A stretch of 54,794 nt of DNA, filler included, from Trypethelium eluteriae (lineage: Eukaryota), in the NCBI GenBank assembly GCA_051942245.1. It is 4 parts of 4 records of this genome, joined end to end, with 100 filler letters (N's around TTAATTAATTAA, not from the genome) between each part and the next. Parts side by side here need not be neighbours in the genome. Positions count along the whole stretch, not along the records: positions 27,487 to 41,091 come from JAVECL010000727.1; positions 41,192 to 54,794 come from JAVECL010000728.1; 2 more parts are not named here. One strand, 5' to 3'. Shown here in pieces: positions 36,215 to 48,393 of this stretch; positions within the stretch are counted from its first letter, which is position 1; each line of letters starts with the position of its first letter. The translations under genes were made by a program, and so were the position numbers. Below the pieces are notes generated by a model. It was given only the letters and a program-made list of their open reading frames with translations, was not told the DNA's origin and did not search any database.

Positions 36215-37982
36215 TTATGACCCTAGCAGACCAGCGCTCGCCTCTTTCTCGAGACTCAATTTCATCTCCAACCACGAGTAAAAACTGGCACTTCGGCAGA
36301 ATGCCAGATACAATGTATCTCTGGATCTGTGTCTTGCCAGAGCGCTATTTCCTTTGAAAGGCACGCTCGATCCATGATGCGCAAGGTTCTTCATGAAATC
36401 GGCTTCGGAGAAGTTGTGATAGTTGAGGTTCCCTCCTGGAGATGTTACAACTGAAGACATCAACGTGGCGAAATAGCGGTTGAAGGGAGCAAGAAACTGC
36501 GCGGCAATGTATGTGAAGTGTCGACGAATAGTCGGACTTAGTGATGGATCGTTGTTGGTCATCATTAATTCGAGCGAACTCAGAAATGAGTAGTCAGGTT
36601 TGATGTATGACTTGAAATGCTGAAGGGGTACGGGCGAGCCAGGCAGTTCATCATTACTTCGCTTTTGATGATCATCTTTGTCGACTTTGAGCGGGGTCGG
36701 GGTTCGGCCTTCTCTTAAGTAGAGGATGTAGGGGGGTTTGGCCCCATCGAGTTGAGCCATGAGTCGTTTGAGGAGGAATGGGTTGGTTATGCCAACTACA
36801 AAGCTTCGATTAGGACCGTGCTCGAGATTGGAAGCAAAGAATTCCGATTGCATGATGGCATAGGGTCGACATTCGCCAGCATAAGGGATCGGCCGAATCA
36901 GATCTACCAGTGCAGAGATGATCTCACTGCACACCTGAGGATTCTTCGCTAGGACTATGACGGATTCCGAAAGTAGCATCTTCTCAAAGGCTTTGTATAG
37001 ATCCCAAAGAGATGGCAGGTAACGGATAATCTTCTCCCACGATGCAACAGGCTGGTAAGCATATATTGGGGAGGTCGTGAGCTTTTCGCTGATGGCTGGA
37101 AGAATCTGTAGACCTTGAAGAGGTAGAGATTGATGGGGAGCTCTAATGATAGTCAGCAAAGGTGACACAGTCGATCACATCGAGCTGATTCGTAGGATAG
37201 AGTAGCGATGAGAAGGTTGATCGATTCTCCTTTGCTTACATATGTAGCTCTAGCAAGGATCCTAAAAATGGCAGTGTCTGCTTGCCCATTGAGGGGGGCT
37301 GCCACTGAGCAATTTGACCGCAAGCTGCCATCAACGCATCTGGATTGCTGATGACGTCCCTTGCCGTGATGTCTCGTACTATCCTGAGAAAGAACGACGG
37401 AAACTCATGATGTGATACGATGATAAGAGTCTTTTGGTCGTAGTTTCGCTTGGATAGGCGATCTGCTTCTTGACGGAATACACAAGAAGCAAACAAGAAG
37501 GATGGACTGCCATATGGAGGGTGCGGAGACTGTAACTGCACGTCGGGCGAATGGTTGTTGATCGTGTAATGAAACCCTAGGTCAGCAGTAGTGTCTGAGT
37601 CCTGGCGCTCAGGAAAACTGAAGATGCTCAGCAGGGATACTCTAACACATAGGTAAAACCAAAAATCGTTTAGACGAACCTGTTGAAAGAAATAGCCAAA
37701 AGATCACTGGTTGAAAAGTGTGTCTCGGGATAGACCAATTCTATCTCTGGACCTGGTCAAGGTAAGCGGTTGCCTTGAAACCGTCGACGCCACCATACCA
37801 ATGTCTACGTTGAAGTTACACACGACGCTAGTGCAATCAGTCGGAGCTATTGGGCAGATCCGCGTCTCGGAAGCTTACAAGGCCAATGCCCACTGACGAA
37901 ATCTTTGGAGATTGAAGGGATACTCGTAGCCCCCACGGCGTTCAACATGACGTTCGCCCATTGCACCCGACACGGAGGTCAT
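36215..37982 (-). CDS. DENN-domain protein, DENND6/FAM116-like, multi-exon
   Basis: Spliced reading gives ...FRQWALAFVVCNFNVDIGPEIELVYP...ISFNSFPE...FRQEADRLSKRNYDQKTLIIVSHHEF...ECRPYAIMQ...VVGITNPF...IRRHF...FLAPFNRYF, matching uDENN/DENN/dDENN motifs of the DENND6 group. The start ATG at 37982 is inferred. Confidence 0.78.
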
Positions 37983-38318
37983 GAAGCTTCAGGAGCTGCT
38001 GGTTAGAAACTCGACGGTCGAGATTTCCATTCTGAGGAGCTTGAATTCCCCATGAAGCCTGCGGAGGGGCAGACATGTCGAATGTTGACGTGTACCTAGG
38101 CAAACAAAGAGGGAGCTGGCTGGGGAGGGGCATGTTTTGAACGCGATGTCATCCCGCATCTTGCCAACGTGAACTTTCACCACCCAAACCACGCGATTCC
38201 GTTCTCTCGCACCCATCCTTGCGGTCCACAACAATGCAAGGCAGGCATTTGTCCTCTGCAGTCCCCCGTCCCTATTCGAGGTAGTCATTAGTCCGGCGTC
38301 TGACTTCCAGTCCCGGTC

Positions 38319-41091
38319 ATGGATGCCAATACGCACAAAGCATTAAACGACAAGCTCTATGACAAACGTAAAGGCGGTGCACTCGAGTAAGTGAACCCAG
38401 CCGTTCACTTGAGCTGCTTGGCTCCTTCGTGGCTATTCAGAAAGGCCAGTATCCTCATTCTGACTAGGCTCGAAACTCAAGTACGCAATGCACTCAACGC
38501 GAACGATTATACCAGGATAGAAAAGATTGTGGACCAGCTTTGCAATGACTTTGCCTTTGCTGTCCACCAGCCCCATGCCAGAAATGGCGGCCTCATCGGT
38601 CTTGCCGCGGCCTCAATAGCATTGGGTCCTGTGCGTCAATCTCATACGATATTTATTATTCTGCTTTTGCTCATGCTCATAGTAGGACGTCGCCCGATAC
38701 CTCCACAAAATCGTCCCTCCAGTCCTCGCCTGTTTCGATGATATAGATGCACGAGTGCGGTATTATGCCTGCGAGAGTATGTACAACATTGCAAAAGTTG
38801 CCAAGGGGGAGATCCTGTTGTATTTCAATCAGATATTTGACGCCCTGTGCAAGGTATGGATGTGCATTAACTATTAGCGGACGCTTGCAAAAGCTAATAG
38901 CTATATACTAGCTAGCTGGAGATCTCGAACCCTCAGTCAAGAATGGTGCAGAGCTACTAGATCGCCTGGTGAAAGATATAGTGTCCGAATCAGCATCGAC
39001 CTACGTATCCGTCCTACATATATCCGAGGACACAGCTGTACCAGATTCCGAATCTACAAAAGCAGCGCTCGGTCTGGACCTACCCACAGCATTCTCTCTA
39101 TCCCGCTTCATTCCTCTACTTCACGAAAAGATTGGTGCGATTCATCCTTTTGTACGCCAATTCCTGGTGTCATGGTTGACGCTTCTGGATTCGATCCCCG
39201 ATCTCGAACTGGTAACATACTTACCATCTTTCCTCGGCGGTCTCCTCAAATTTCTTAGCGACGAGAATCAAGACGTACATAATTCCACACAGATAGCATT
39301 GGAGCGTTTCCTCACAGAGATCAAGAAGATAGCTCGTATAAAACGAGGAATTGCCGAGAGCAAGAAAAGTCAGACTGAATATCGCGTGAAGCGATCCAAT
39401 TCCAGCGTCAAGAGCGAGCGAACAGGAAGAAGTATCAGGACAGAGAGGAGTGTTAAGAGCATACCGGAGAGTCAGGAAGAGAAATTGCCTGCTGACAGTG
39501 AGGCGGCAGAATCTACATCAGTAGACCAAGATTCGATCACGGATGAGAAATTTGATCATGCAGACGGTGATTGGGTACCGGGTCAGGACGTAGACATCGA
39601 GTACTCCGAGATCTTAGAAATTCTTGTAAAATTTCTCAGCGAGTCTCCTGGTTAGTTTCAGCGCCTACCAAATTTTCACAACCTGGCGGGCTTACGGGAC
39701 TTCACAGAGGAAGAGATTCAGCTCACGGCCCTTCGGTGGATCGATAGCTTCTTCGAGATCTGTGCAGAAGATATATTATCGTTTGTCCCCCAACTGCTTT
39801 TGCAGGTGTTGCCGGCGATGGCGAGCAACGTGGAACAGGTGAGACAAGCAGCAAATCGGGTCAATTCCTCCTTGATGGATTATATCATGTCCTTAGCGGA
39901 GGAACCTCCAAGACAAGCACTGCAAGCTTCTGTTGACTCAATCGCGCAACTACCGCCTGCTGCTGTGTCAGGACTGCCGCCTGCAGCTGTGACCGCTCTT
40001 AAGGAAGCAAACGGAACGACGGGACGAGAAACACTTGCGGCAATAAGACAACGTAAGACTAGGAGTACTGATCTTGACTTTGAGAAAAAGCAGCAGGATC
40101 AAAAAGACGATCCGCCCCAGGAAACAAAATCGCTACCTGCGACTCCACCCGAAGATGAATCTTCTGAACCGAAGCAATCCAGACATCTCGACTACGAGGC
40201 GTCTGTGGGAGCATTAACTCTCCAATTCTTGAATGAACACGAAGAAACGCGTGTTGCGGCTCTCGCATGGCTTATCATGTTGCATAGAAAATCTCCCCGA
40301 AAGGTTAGAATGTTTGATACCACTCGGCTCGCCGTCCAGTCGCTGACAGTCTGCATAGATCCTCGCAATCAACGATGGCACTTTTCCCGCGCTGCTCAAA
40401 ACTCTCTCTGATCCGGCGGAATCAGTGGTCACACGTGATCTCCTTTTACTCTCACAAATCTCCAAAAATAGCGACGACTCTTATTTCACCTCGTTTATGA
40501 TTAATCTCCTCAAACTCTTTTGCACTGACCGAAGGCTTCTTGAAACTCGCGGCAACCTTATTATCCGTCAACTCTGCGTCTCCTTGAGCGCAGAGCGTAT
40601 CTACCGTACCATGGCCGACTGTCTCGAACGGGACGAAGACGTCGAATTTGCTAGCATTATGGTCCAAAACCTCAACAATAATCTCATCACCGCTCCCGAA
40701 CTCAGCGACCTCCGCAAACGCCTCCGAAACATTGACTCCCGTGACGGCCAGACTCTCTTCATCACCCTTTTCCGCGCCTGGTGCCACAACGCCGTCGCGA
40801 CCTTCAGCCTCTGCCTCCTCGCACAAGCATACGAGCAAGCCTACTACCTCCTCCAGATCTTCGCCGACCAGATCGAAATGACCGTCAGCATCCTCATTCA
40901 AATCGATAAGCTCGTCCAGCTCCTCGAATCCCCCGTCTTCACCTACCTCCGCCTCCAACTCCTCGAGCCCGACCGCTTCCCCCACCTCTACAAATGCCTC
41001 TATGGCCTCCTCATGCTCCTCCCGCAATCCTCCGCCTTCGCCGCCCTCAAAAACCGCCTCGGCTCCGTCTCCGCCATCGGCTACCTCCACC
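38319..41091 (+). CDS. VAC14: Vac14, HEAT-repeat scaffold of the Fab1/Fig4 PI(3,5)P2 complex; 3' end truncated
   Basis: LNDKLYDKRKGGALE, ARNGGLIGLAA, RVRYYACESMYNIAKV, LLETRGNLIIRQLC and LIQIDKLVQLLESPVFTYLRLQLLEP across several exons. Confidence 0.95.
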
Positions 41092-41191
41092 NNNNNNNNN
41101 NNNNNNNNNNNNNNNNNNNNNNNNNNNNNNNNNNNTTAATTAATTAANNNNNNNNNNNNNNNNNNNNNNNNNNNNNNNNNNNNNNNNNNNN
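41092..41191. other. Artificial contig-joining spacer
   Basis: N44-TTAATTAATTAA-N44. Confidence 0.98.
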
Positions 41192-44100
41192 GCTTTGTCG
41201 TGTAGCAGCAGCGGCGGCGGAAGCGCGGTCCGGAGCTGATTTGCCAGTGGTGGTGGAGGTTGTGCGCGAAGACCTGGGAGGGGTGTCGTGGGTGTGGGAG
41301 GCAGAGGGCGAGGTTGCGGTGTTTGAAGTCCCGGTTTCTTCGCTGTCAGGAACGATGACTTCGCCCCTTTCAGAGATGATGGCGCCTCGGGGGAGGTGAG
41401 CGGGTGTGGCAGCGGTGGTGCGCCCTTGGGCTTTGCTAGAGCGACGAGGGCCAAACCACGGAGTCAGGACTTCTGGTACCTCGCTGACTCGGGGCACCTG
41501 GCGCTGGCGGACGCGTTCTGAACGGCGGGTGGGTGTTTTGTCTGTGGCTGATGTCGCAAGTGAGGGCGTTGGTGAGGAAGAAGTGGGGAGCGGGCCATCA
41601 CGCATTGTTTGCGCGGGACTTGATGAGAGGCGTTCGGAGCGACGCGTTGGTGTCTTCTTTAGGGATGGTGGAGATATCGATGATGTTATTTGCCTTTCAG
41701 GTGTACGTGGTCGTGGTGTCATGGACGATGAGATCCGAGCAGAGCGCCGTAGTGACGTTTGTGTTCTTTGAGACGAGGGCGAAGAGGGACGCTCACTTTC
41801 CTGGGAGGGTTGCGTCGTAGCTTCCGGAGTTGATGAAAGCCGAGTAGATCTGCGAGTGGTCGCTTTTTGCTTGACCGCTGGTGGAGCAAAAGACTGTGAA
41901 GAAATACCGGAGGAAACGTCTTGGCTGGGCTGCGTTAATCGTGGGGTAGGTGGCAGAACTGCTGTGCTCGCTTGGTCTAAAGAACCATTTTCCTGTATTG
42001 GCTGCAAATCGGAAACACTGCGTTGGCTTTTATCAGGTGTCATGGGGTGACCTAGTAGATTCTGCAGGTTGTTCACCTGAGTCTCACCAATAATCTCAAC
42101 TCCGGGGTGAGACAAGCTCGGTTGATGAGTCGGTGCATCATTGATCACTTCTCTCATATTTTCTTCAGGCAAACCGTCATTTTCATCTGGTCCAGTCCCG
42201 CTATCAGCGCTGATACCCAAGAACTCTTGCTCCTTTAGCGGCTGACCAAATGATGGCTGACCTTGACCCGAAGCCTTTGCAGCCTCTTCATTCACCTCTT
42301 CAGCATCGCTACTCACTCCGAGATCAATGATGGTAGACTGCGGTATAGCCAACGGTGTGGCAGTTTCCTCGTCATCCAGGTTCTCTTGGCTGCTCTCAAA
42401 TTCGCCAACCAGCTGGTCATTGGCATGTTGAGAAATCGGTAGTGGAGCACTTTCTTCGTCGGCCAGGATGTTCTCCGATGCAAGCGGAGAAGAAGATCCA
42501 GCATGTCTATACGATACTTGTTCTTCACCTGATTCATCTTCAAATACGTACGTGGTCTGCCTTGGAGATGATGTGTCGATACCGTCAGATCTACGTGTAT
42601 CCGTTTCGTCTTCCAGATCCATTTCGTCAATTTCCTTCCTTTCCACAAATGCTATGGTGCCATTATCACCTCGAGGAACGGGGTCGGACAAAATGCTGCC
42701 GTCAAGACCAAAGGGAAAATTCATCTTTGTGCGCTGAGCCACGGGGTCAAACTGCTGGCTATCAAGCGATGGATACGCCACTGAATCTGTGATCTGCGGC
42801 TCATCCTGTGACGGGGTTCCTGCTTCTTGACGCGAGTACTGCTTGGCTTCTGCGATCTCTGAACTAGACGTGGCTTCTTCGCTTGGACCTGATCCTGGAG
42901 ATTCCAGCTCCCTTCCTGGACTGACCTCCTCATTGCTGTCATCTTCATAGGTAGGGAAGCTTTGCTCTTCTGGGAGGGGTGAAGACTCAAGATCTTCTTC
43001 CGATTCCTCCAGTGGTTCGACTAGTTCATCAGAATCTTCGTCCCCTTCCTCCTCTAACTTGACCTGTTCAACTTCTACAAGTCCTCCGTTTTGATTGGAC
43101 TCTTCGTCCTCGTTAAAATCCACGACGTCCTCCTCACCCATATCGATGTCTTCATTTTCGAGTTCATTATCACTTAATTCCTCTTCCGAGAGAATTTCAA
43201 TGACGTCGCTTGGTGTATCACCTCTGTACTGCAGCTGCAACTTATTTGGCGAAGAGCCAGGAATAGGCGTTGGGGTCAGCGGTCCAGTCTGTTCATCCTC
43301 CCTTTCTTCCTCTCCCTGAATGATACTTCCCAACTTTGAGTGGCGCTCGGCAGACGGTGAAACCCGAAAATCCGCCTCGTCTACTTGGACAGGAGTATCA
43401 TCTAGGTTGCTGAGCTTAAATAATGGAGAGAGCCGGCTCCCATCCGATGGCTCTTCGGCAACTGCGCTCGACTGTTCCAAGACATCAGGCTGCATTGCCA
43501 CGTCCATTGCAGGGACTTTTTCATGCTCTGTTTCGGAGGATGTGGCGGGTACTTCATTTTGCGGCTGAAAATGAATTGGCTCGCCAGGCTTCCACGTGTA
43601 GTCCTTATCTGGCTGAAGGGAAATTTGGGAAGCTTGATCGGAAGATGACCCTGCCGGACGCTGTGATGCCTCGAGACTAGACCATTGCTCATTCGCCAGC
43701 TGCAAATTTTCAAAAAATTTATTCGGCTCGTTCTGGCCCTCAGCAGGAAATGGTGACGGGAGCGGAAGATTCCAAGATGAAACTGGGTTCAATTCTGGCG
43801 TCTTTGGCCTTGCAAAATCTGGTGGCCCTTTCGTCAGAGGACTGGGCAAAAATTCTTGAGAGCTTGAAGCTAGCGGGAAGGGGAACTGAGATTGATCCTG
43901 AGTGGGGAAGGGCGATGGCAAAGGAAGCGCTGACGAAGGCACGGCTTTAAGTTTCGGAGTTTGCGGTTTTGCTAATTCACCTGACAGAGGTCCGGGAGAC
44001 AGGATCTGAGGTTTTGTTTCTAATGCATTAGGTAGTAAAGGCGGAGGCATCGATCCGACCGTCTCGTTCGTCTGCGATTGGAAGACCGATTCAGAAGGCT

Positions 44101-45115
44101 TGGGGAAAGCATCAAAGGCTGCATTAGCCTGTTGGAGAGCTGTCTGTATGGATATGATTGGGCGTTCTTGAGCGATAGGAACAGGCTCTGCAGTGGCACA
44201 AGGCGAAGCTTCGTTGTCAGATCTTCTGGGACCGAAAGCGAAATCATGGACATCGGTGTTCCTCATTACGGGTCCTGGGGAAACATCCGCGCTCGCAGGT
44301 CTTGACTCTGATAGAGGGCTTTCGAACACTGCCACTTGACTCTGCGTTCCTTCCGGTGAATCTTCATCCTCATCCCCATCCTCATCCTCAATCTCCATAT
44401 CCTCCCACGGCAAATCCTTCCCAGGCGACAATGGGTTGTCCGCGAGCTTCCATTGTGTGATTTCGTGCCATTGTTTCCGCCTTTTACTAGCTCTGCCTTC
44501 TAGAAAACCATCTTGCTCAGTAAAAGGATCGTAAGGCGAATCAATCAGGGTACCGGAAGAAACGCGCGCGCGTCTTAAAAATGCAGGCGAAGCCCATGCA
44601 GCTGGTGTCACCGAAAAGCCATTTTTCCTAGCTGGTGTTTTCGCATCGGTATCTCGAACATCTCCATTCACGTATCCATTCTCATATGGCTTCGACAATT
44701 CATGTTGAGGGGTTGGCGTTGGATCGTCCACATTTATGTCCGCCAGTTGCTTCTCTTCCCTTCGCGCGTATAACACCAGCCGTTGTCCATATCTTAATTC
44801 CCAATCCACACTCTTTCCAGGCGTATTGACGTGATCTCCTGCTTCTTGAACCCATTGGACTCCTTCCAGGCCCACTATAACCACATCTCCAATTCCAATG
44901 CCCGAGCGGGCAACCGCCTTTGCGCTGGATCCATGGAAATGTACACGAACTTGACCCTTGTTACGGCGCAGTCGAAAATCCTGCTCTGCGATAAGCAGCG
45001 ATAGCTGTCCAGTCGATGACGAATAGGGCCAGACGAGGGTGACGACACCTTTAAAGCTCTTCGCGTCCACAGAAGGTAATGAAGGCGCAAGTGAAGCTAT
45101 TGGAAGAGCTTCCAT
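41192..45115 (-). CDS. Large protein with N-terminal OB-fold-like domain and long acidic/disordered region (POT1/Cdc13-like ssDNA-binding group, tentative); 3' end truncated
   Basis: >1300-aa open frame. The N-terminal ~120 aa (FKGVVTLVWPYSSS...LLIAEQDFRLRRNKGQVRVHFHG...IGIGDVVIVGL) have an alternating beta-strand pattern typical of OB folds. The rest is rich in E/D/S/P with many SP/TP sites. The CDS is well supported, the functional label less so. Confidence 0.65.
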
Positions 45116-45694
45116 GATTGGCTACCCAAATAATTGGGCGGATTGATTGCTGAAACTTCCTCGCGCCATGAGCCACGGCGAGGAACCAGCCAAATGTCAG
45201 AAACGGATTTGGTTGCGTTCGGCAAATTATGCTTACATTGTTCGCAGGCACGACAATGAACTTTGTAAGGCGCGAGATCGGAGCTTCCGCCGGACTGCCG
45301 ATGCGGTCATCACGCCCGGCTCTTGCAGCTGACTACCCCAATCCCTGTATACCAGATTCCCGTCATTTGACATGAGAAGATAGGTCCTCAACCTTACGCA
45401 CCTGCAGATTTTGTAGTCGCTGAAAGTATTATAAACAACTAAAGACATTGAGTCAGAGGTTCGAAAGTGCTTCAATTTCTATACATGACTGCTAGATTGA
45501 TATGGATAACGAAACCATCCACATGCTTCCAAAACAATTCACTCCAGACTCCACGCCAGGTAATTGAGACCATCCAGATATCTTGCCGCCGAACAATTAA
45601 AATGCAGAAAACAAAATCACTCTCGCGAGTAATTGACGAGTTTGTCAGAGGAGACTAGTGAGGTTTAAATGCCTTCGTACTGCTAAGGCGCACC

Positions 45695-46579
45695 TTAGGA
45701 ACGACTGGTAGGTGGGAGGGGTGCGTATGCAGGATTGACATTGTTGTAGTTGTTCAATTGATGCTCCTCATCATACTTTGGTCCTGAAGGCCATGGTGCA
45801 TTACTTCCTGTACGACCTTGCACCTGGTCGCGGGCGATCGTAGGAGTGATTAGTCCAGCCGCGAGGTAGAGGAGGACGACGATGAACTCCTCGAGGGTTT
45901 CCATAAAGGATTCTGCCCAGATGTTTGGATCAAGCATGCTAAAGACTGTCGACTGGTTATTCTCGAAGATAACGATAGTGGAATAGACCAGTCGGACGAA
46001 AAGGAAGGGAAGGGATGCGATGCCGAAGTAGACAAGACGTCGTTCTCCTGGAATGGCGTTTCGAATGAATGTGAATGTGACCAATGCTGCTGCAGCGGTG
46101 ACGAAAAAGGTAATGAGGAAGACGATAATGCCAGCTTTTTCCATATCCAATCCTGTTTTCTTATCATCTTGACTATTCGAGGGAGTGTTTGCTTTAGATC
46201 CGCCATAGGCAACAAGCACAACCGCAACAATGTTTACTATTTCAAGGATCCGAAAGAGGATGGGTGGCAAGCGCCTGTTTTGCATGCCTTCATTCACTCT
46301 CTTGAGCATGAATACAAGCGCATTGAGTAACGGGGAGAGACCGACGCTGGCGAGGATGATGCCGGTCGTAACCAATGTCGTAGATGGATCGGAAGCATTT
46401 TCGGTATAGATTGTGATGGCGCTACCAGCAATCCGAAGTATAGAAAGGACGATGATGTAGACCCATGCCAGTGAGCGCCCGAATCCATGCTTGAAGCAAT
46501 CATAGAGGGCCAAGAGGCCAGCCGGTATGTAGAAGACTATCTCGGCGATAGCGAGCTTTCCCTGATCTGTGAGAGTCAT
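45695..46579 (-). CDS. Multi-pass (about 7 TM) fungal membrane protein, DUF7702-like
   Basis: 294-aa intronless ORF with about seven hydrophobic segments and motifs KHGFGRSLAWVYI, SVGLSPLL and LPFLFVRLVYS. Confidence 0.75.
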   Translation of the reverse strand: MTLTDQGKLAIAEIVFYIPAGLLALYDCFKHGFGRSLAWVYIIVLSILRIAGSAITIYTENASDPSTTLVTTGIILASVGLSPLLNALVFMLKRVNEGMQNRRLPPILFRILEIVNIVAVVLVAYGGSKANTPSNSQDDKKTGLDMEKAGIIVFLITFFVTAAAALVTFTFIRNAIPGERRLVYFGIASLPFLFVRLVYSTIVIFENNQSTVFSMLDPNIWAESFMETLEEFIVVLLYLAAGLITPTIARDQVQGRTGSNAPWPSGPKYDEEHQLNNYNNVNPAYAPLPPTSRS

Positions 46580-48393
46580 CCCAAAGGAAAATTAATGAGT
46601 AGATACGACTGGTATGTAAAGGAGAAAGCAGGAAGGATTTTCTTGTGATCGATTCCGAACAATGAAGACAGTTGCTGACTTGAAAGTCTTACTCTTGGCT
46701 AGCCGGGGCCTCAGATATATATTCTATTTCACTACATAGCTAAGCATTTAGAAGCGTACATTGCTGCACTTCTGCGGAAGCACAGCCTCCTGACGTTCCT
46801 CAATTGATGCGGTGGCATTGAGAAAAAAGTTGGATACGAAGGCATTTCTCTTTGAAACTCGCGCGACTAACCCAAAAGGCGCCATGAGTGTAGCGATATT
46901 TCGTGCACTTGACTCTAAGAGGCAAAATTGGCGAGTGCTAAAGCGGCAGAGAAGAGCGAAGTAGATGAAAGTCGTCGGGAGTAAGAGCCTCAGGCATAGC
47001 CACTTCTGAAACTACAAACCTCGCGACGCTAGCCCCTTACGGAAGTCCGTAACATTCGTAATGAAGGATAGTAGCAAAACTTATAGCATAAGGTCAATTG
47101 GAAGAGTTCCTGAGGCTCTTCTACCTCTGAGACGTTCAATGACTGTTTCCTCGAGATATGGAACATTTGAGCAACGACCAAGGTGAACTCCGAAGACCCT
47201 CGGGGAGGTGAAATGAGCTACGCTACTACATACTCAATCTGCAGTCCGTCGAGAAAATAACTTGTTGGAGATCCGCTATTCTTCGGTTGAATCCGGGATC
47301 AGATACCGTCTTATCTTGATTACTTCTCGATAATTCTCATATATAGGAACCTCATTTAACGTGGTGTTGTGGTGGTAGAGTCCTCCATATTTTCAGCTCG
47401 CGAGGCTAATGAAGATCTGCTCGCGTGGTCACAGAGATGCCCCTAATACCGCCACAACCGAATTGTTGGAGGAAGCAGCACTTGAGGATCATCGTGGAAG
47501 GTTTAGCGGTGCCACGGATGGCTATCACCTTATTCTTCCTAGTGTGTATAGCCACTCTCATCCGCGCTCTGTGCACCTAGCTTCATATGGTGATATGATC
47601 TGTGGCTTTGCTTGTGTTAGGGTACCTTTATCTCTCGAGCAAAACTCCCATTTGACTCGCTCAAAAATGTTGAGATAATATTCTTCGTACGCGAATGCGT
47701 CTGAAGTTAAGTCCTGTAGTATTTTGAACCGGTGTTTGACCTTGACCCGTCGCCGCTTCATGAGCACAAGATTGAGTGGTTAGAGCGTTGCCGCTTGACG
47801 TTGGTGGTTGGGCCAGATTAGTGCCGACTTTACCGCAAACGGCAGACCTTGCGAAGCGTAGCGAAGCGATATCTTGGTGGCTGAGCACTAAAGGTACTCC
47901 GTAACCACTATGAGCTCTTAGTAATTAGCCTGCTTCTCACAGCCCATCCCCTAACAACTCGTCCTGCAAGTAATGACGCCAGGTGAGCTGAAAACAAGAT
48001 CAAACTAAGGCTGTGAATAGCAAAAGCTTCTGTGTAGTCAGTTTGAGGCCTCTCTATAGGGGCAGATCCATCCGGCTCGTCGCGGTGTCGGCTCGAAATG
48101 ATGTCTGTCCGAACGAATCAATCTGCTTTTGAGTCTTCCTCTCCTATAGTCGGTTCTATCGCCTCAAATTCAGCCTCAGATCGAAAAGTCTTTCTAATCA
48201 CTGCTCGAATACTGTTATAATAGTGCCTGTCAGCCTTGTAGTCGTTTTCTCAGTCTCTCCTTGATTTACCTCGTATAGTCTTACATTTCTCCATTGTCCA
48301 ATCGTTCGCGCAACGGCACATCACAAGGCGAGACTTACCGTGCCGCAACTCCTTCCATTCTGGTCACCTCCGACCCAGCCTTCAGAGCCTATC

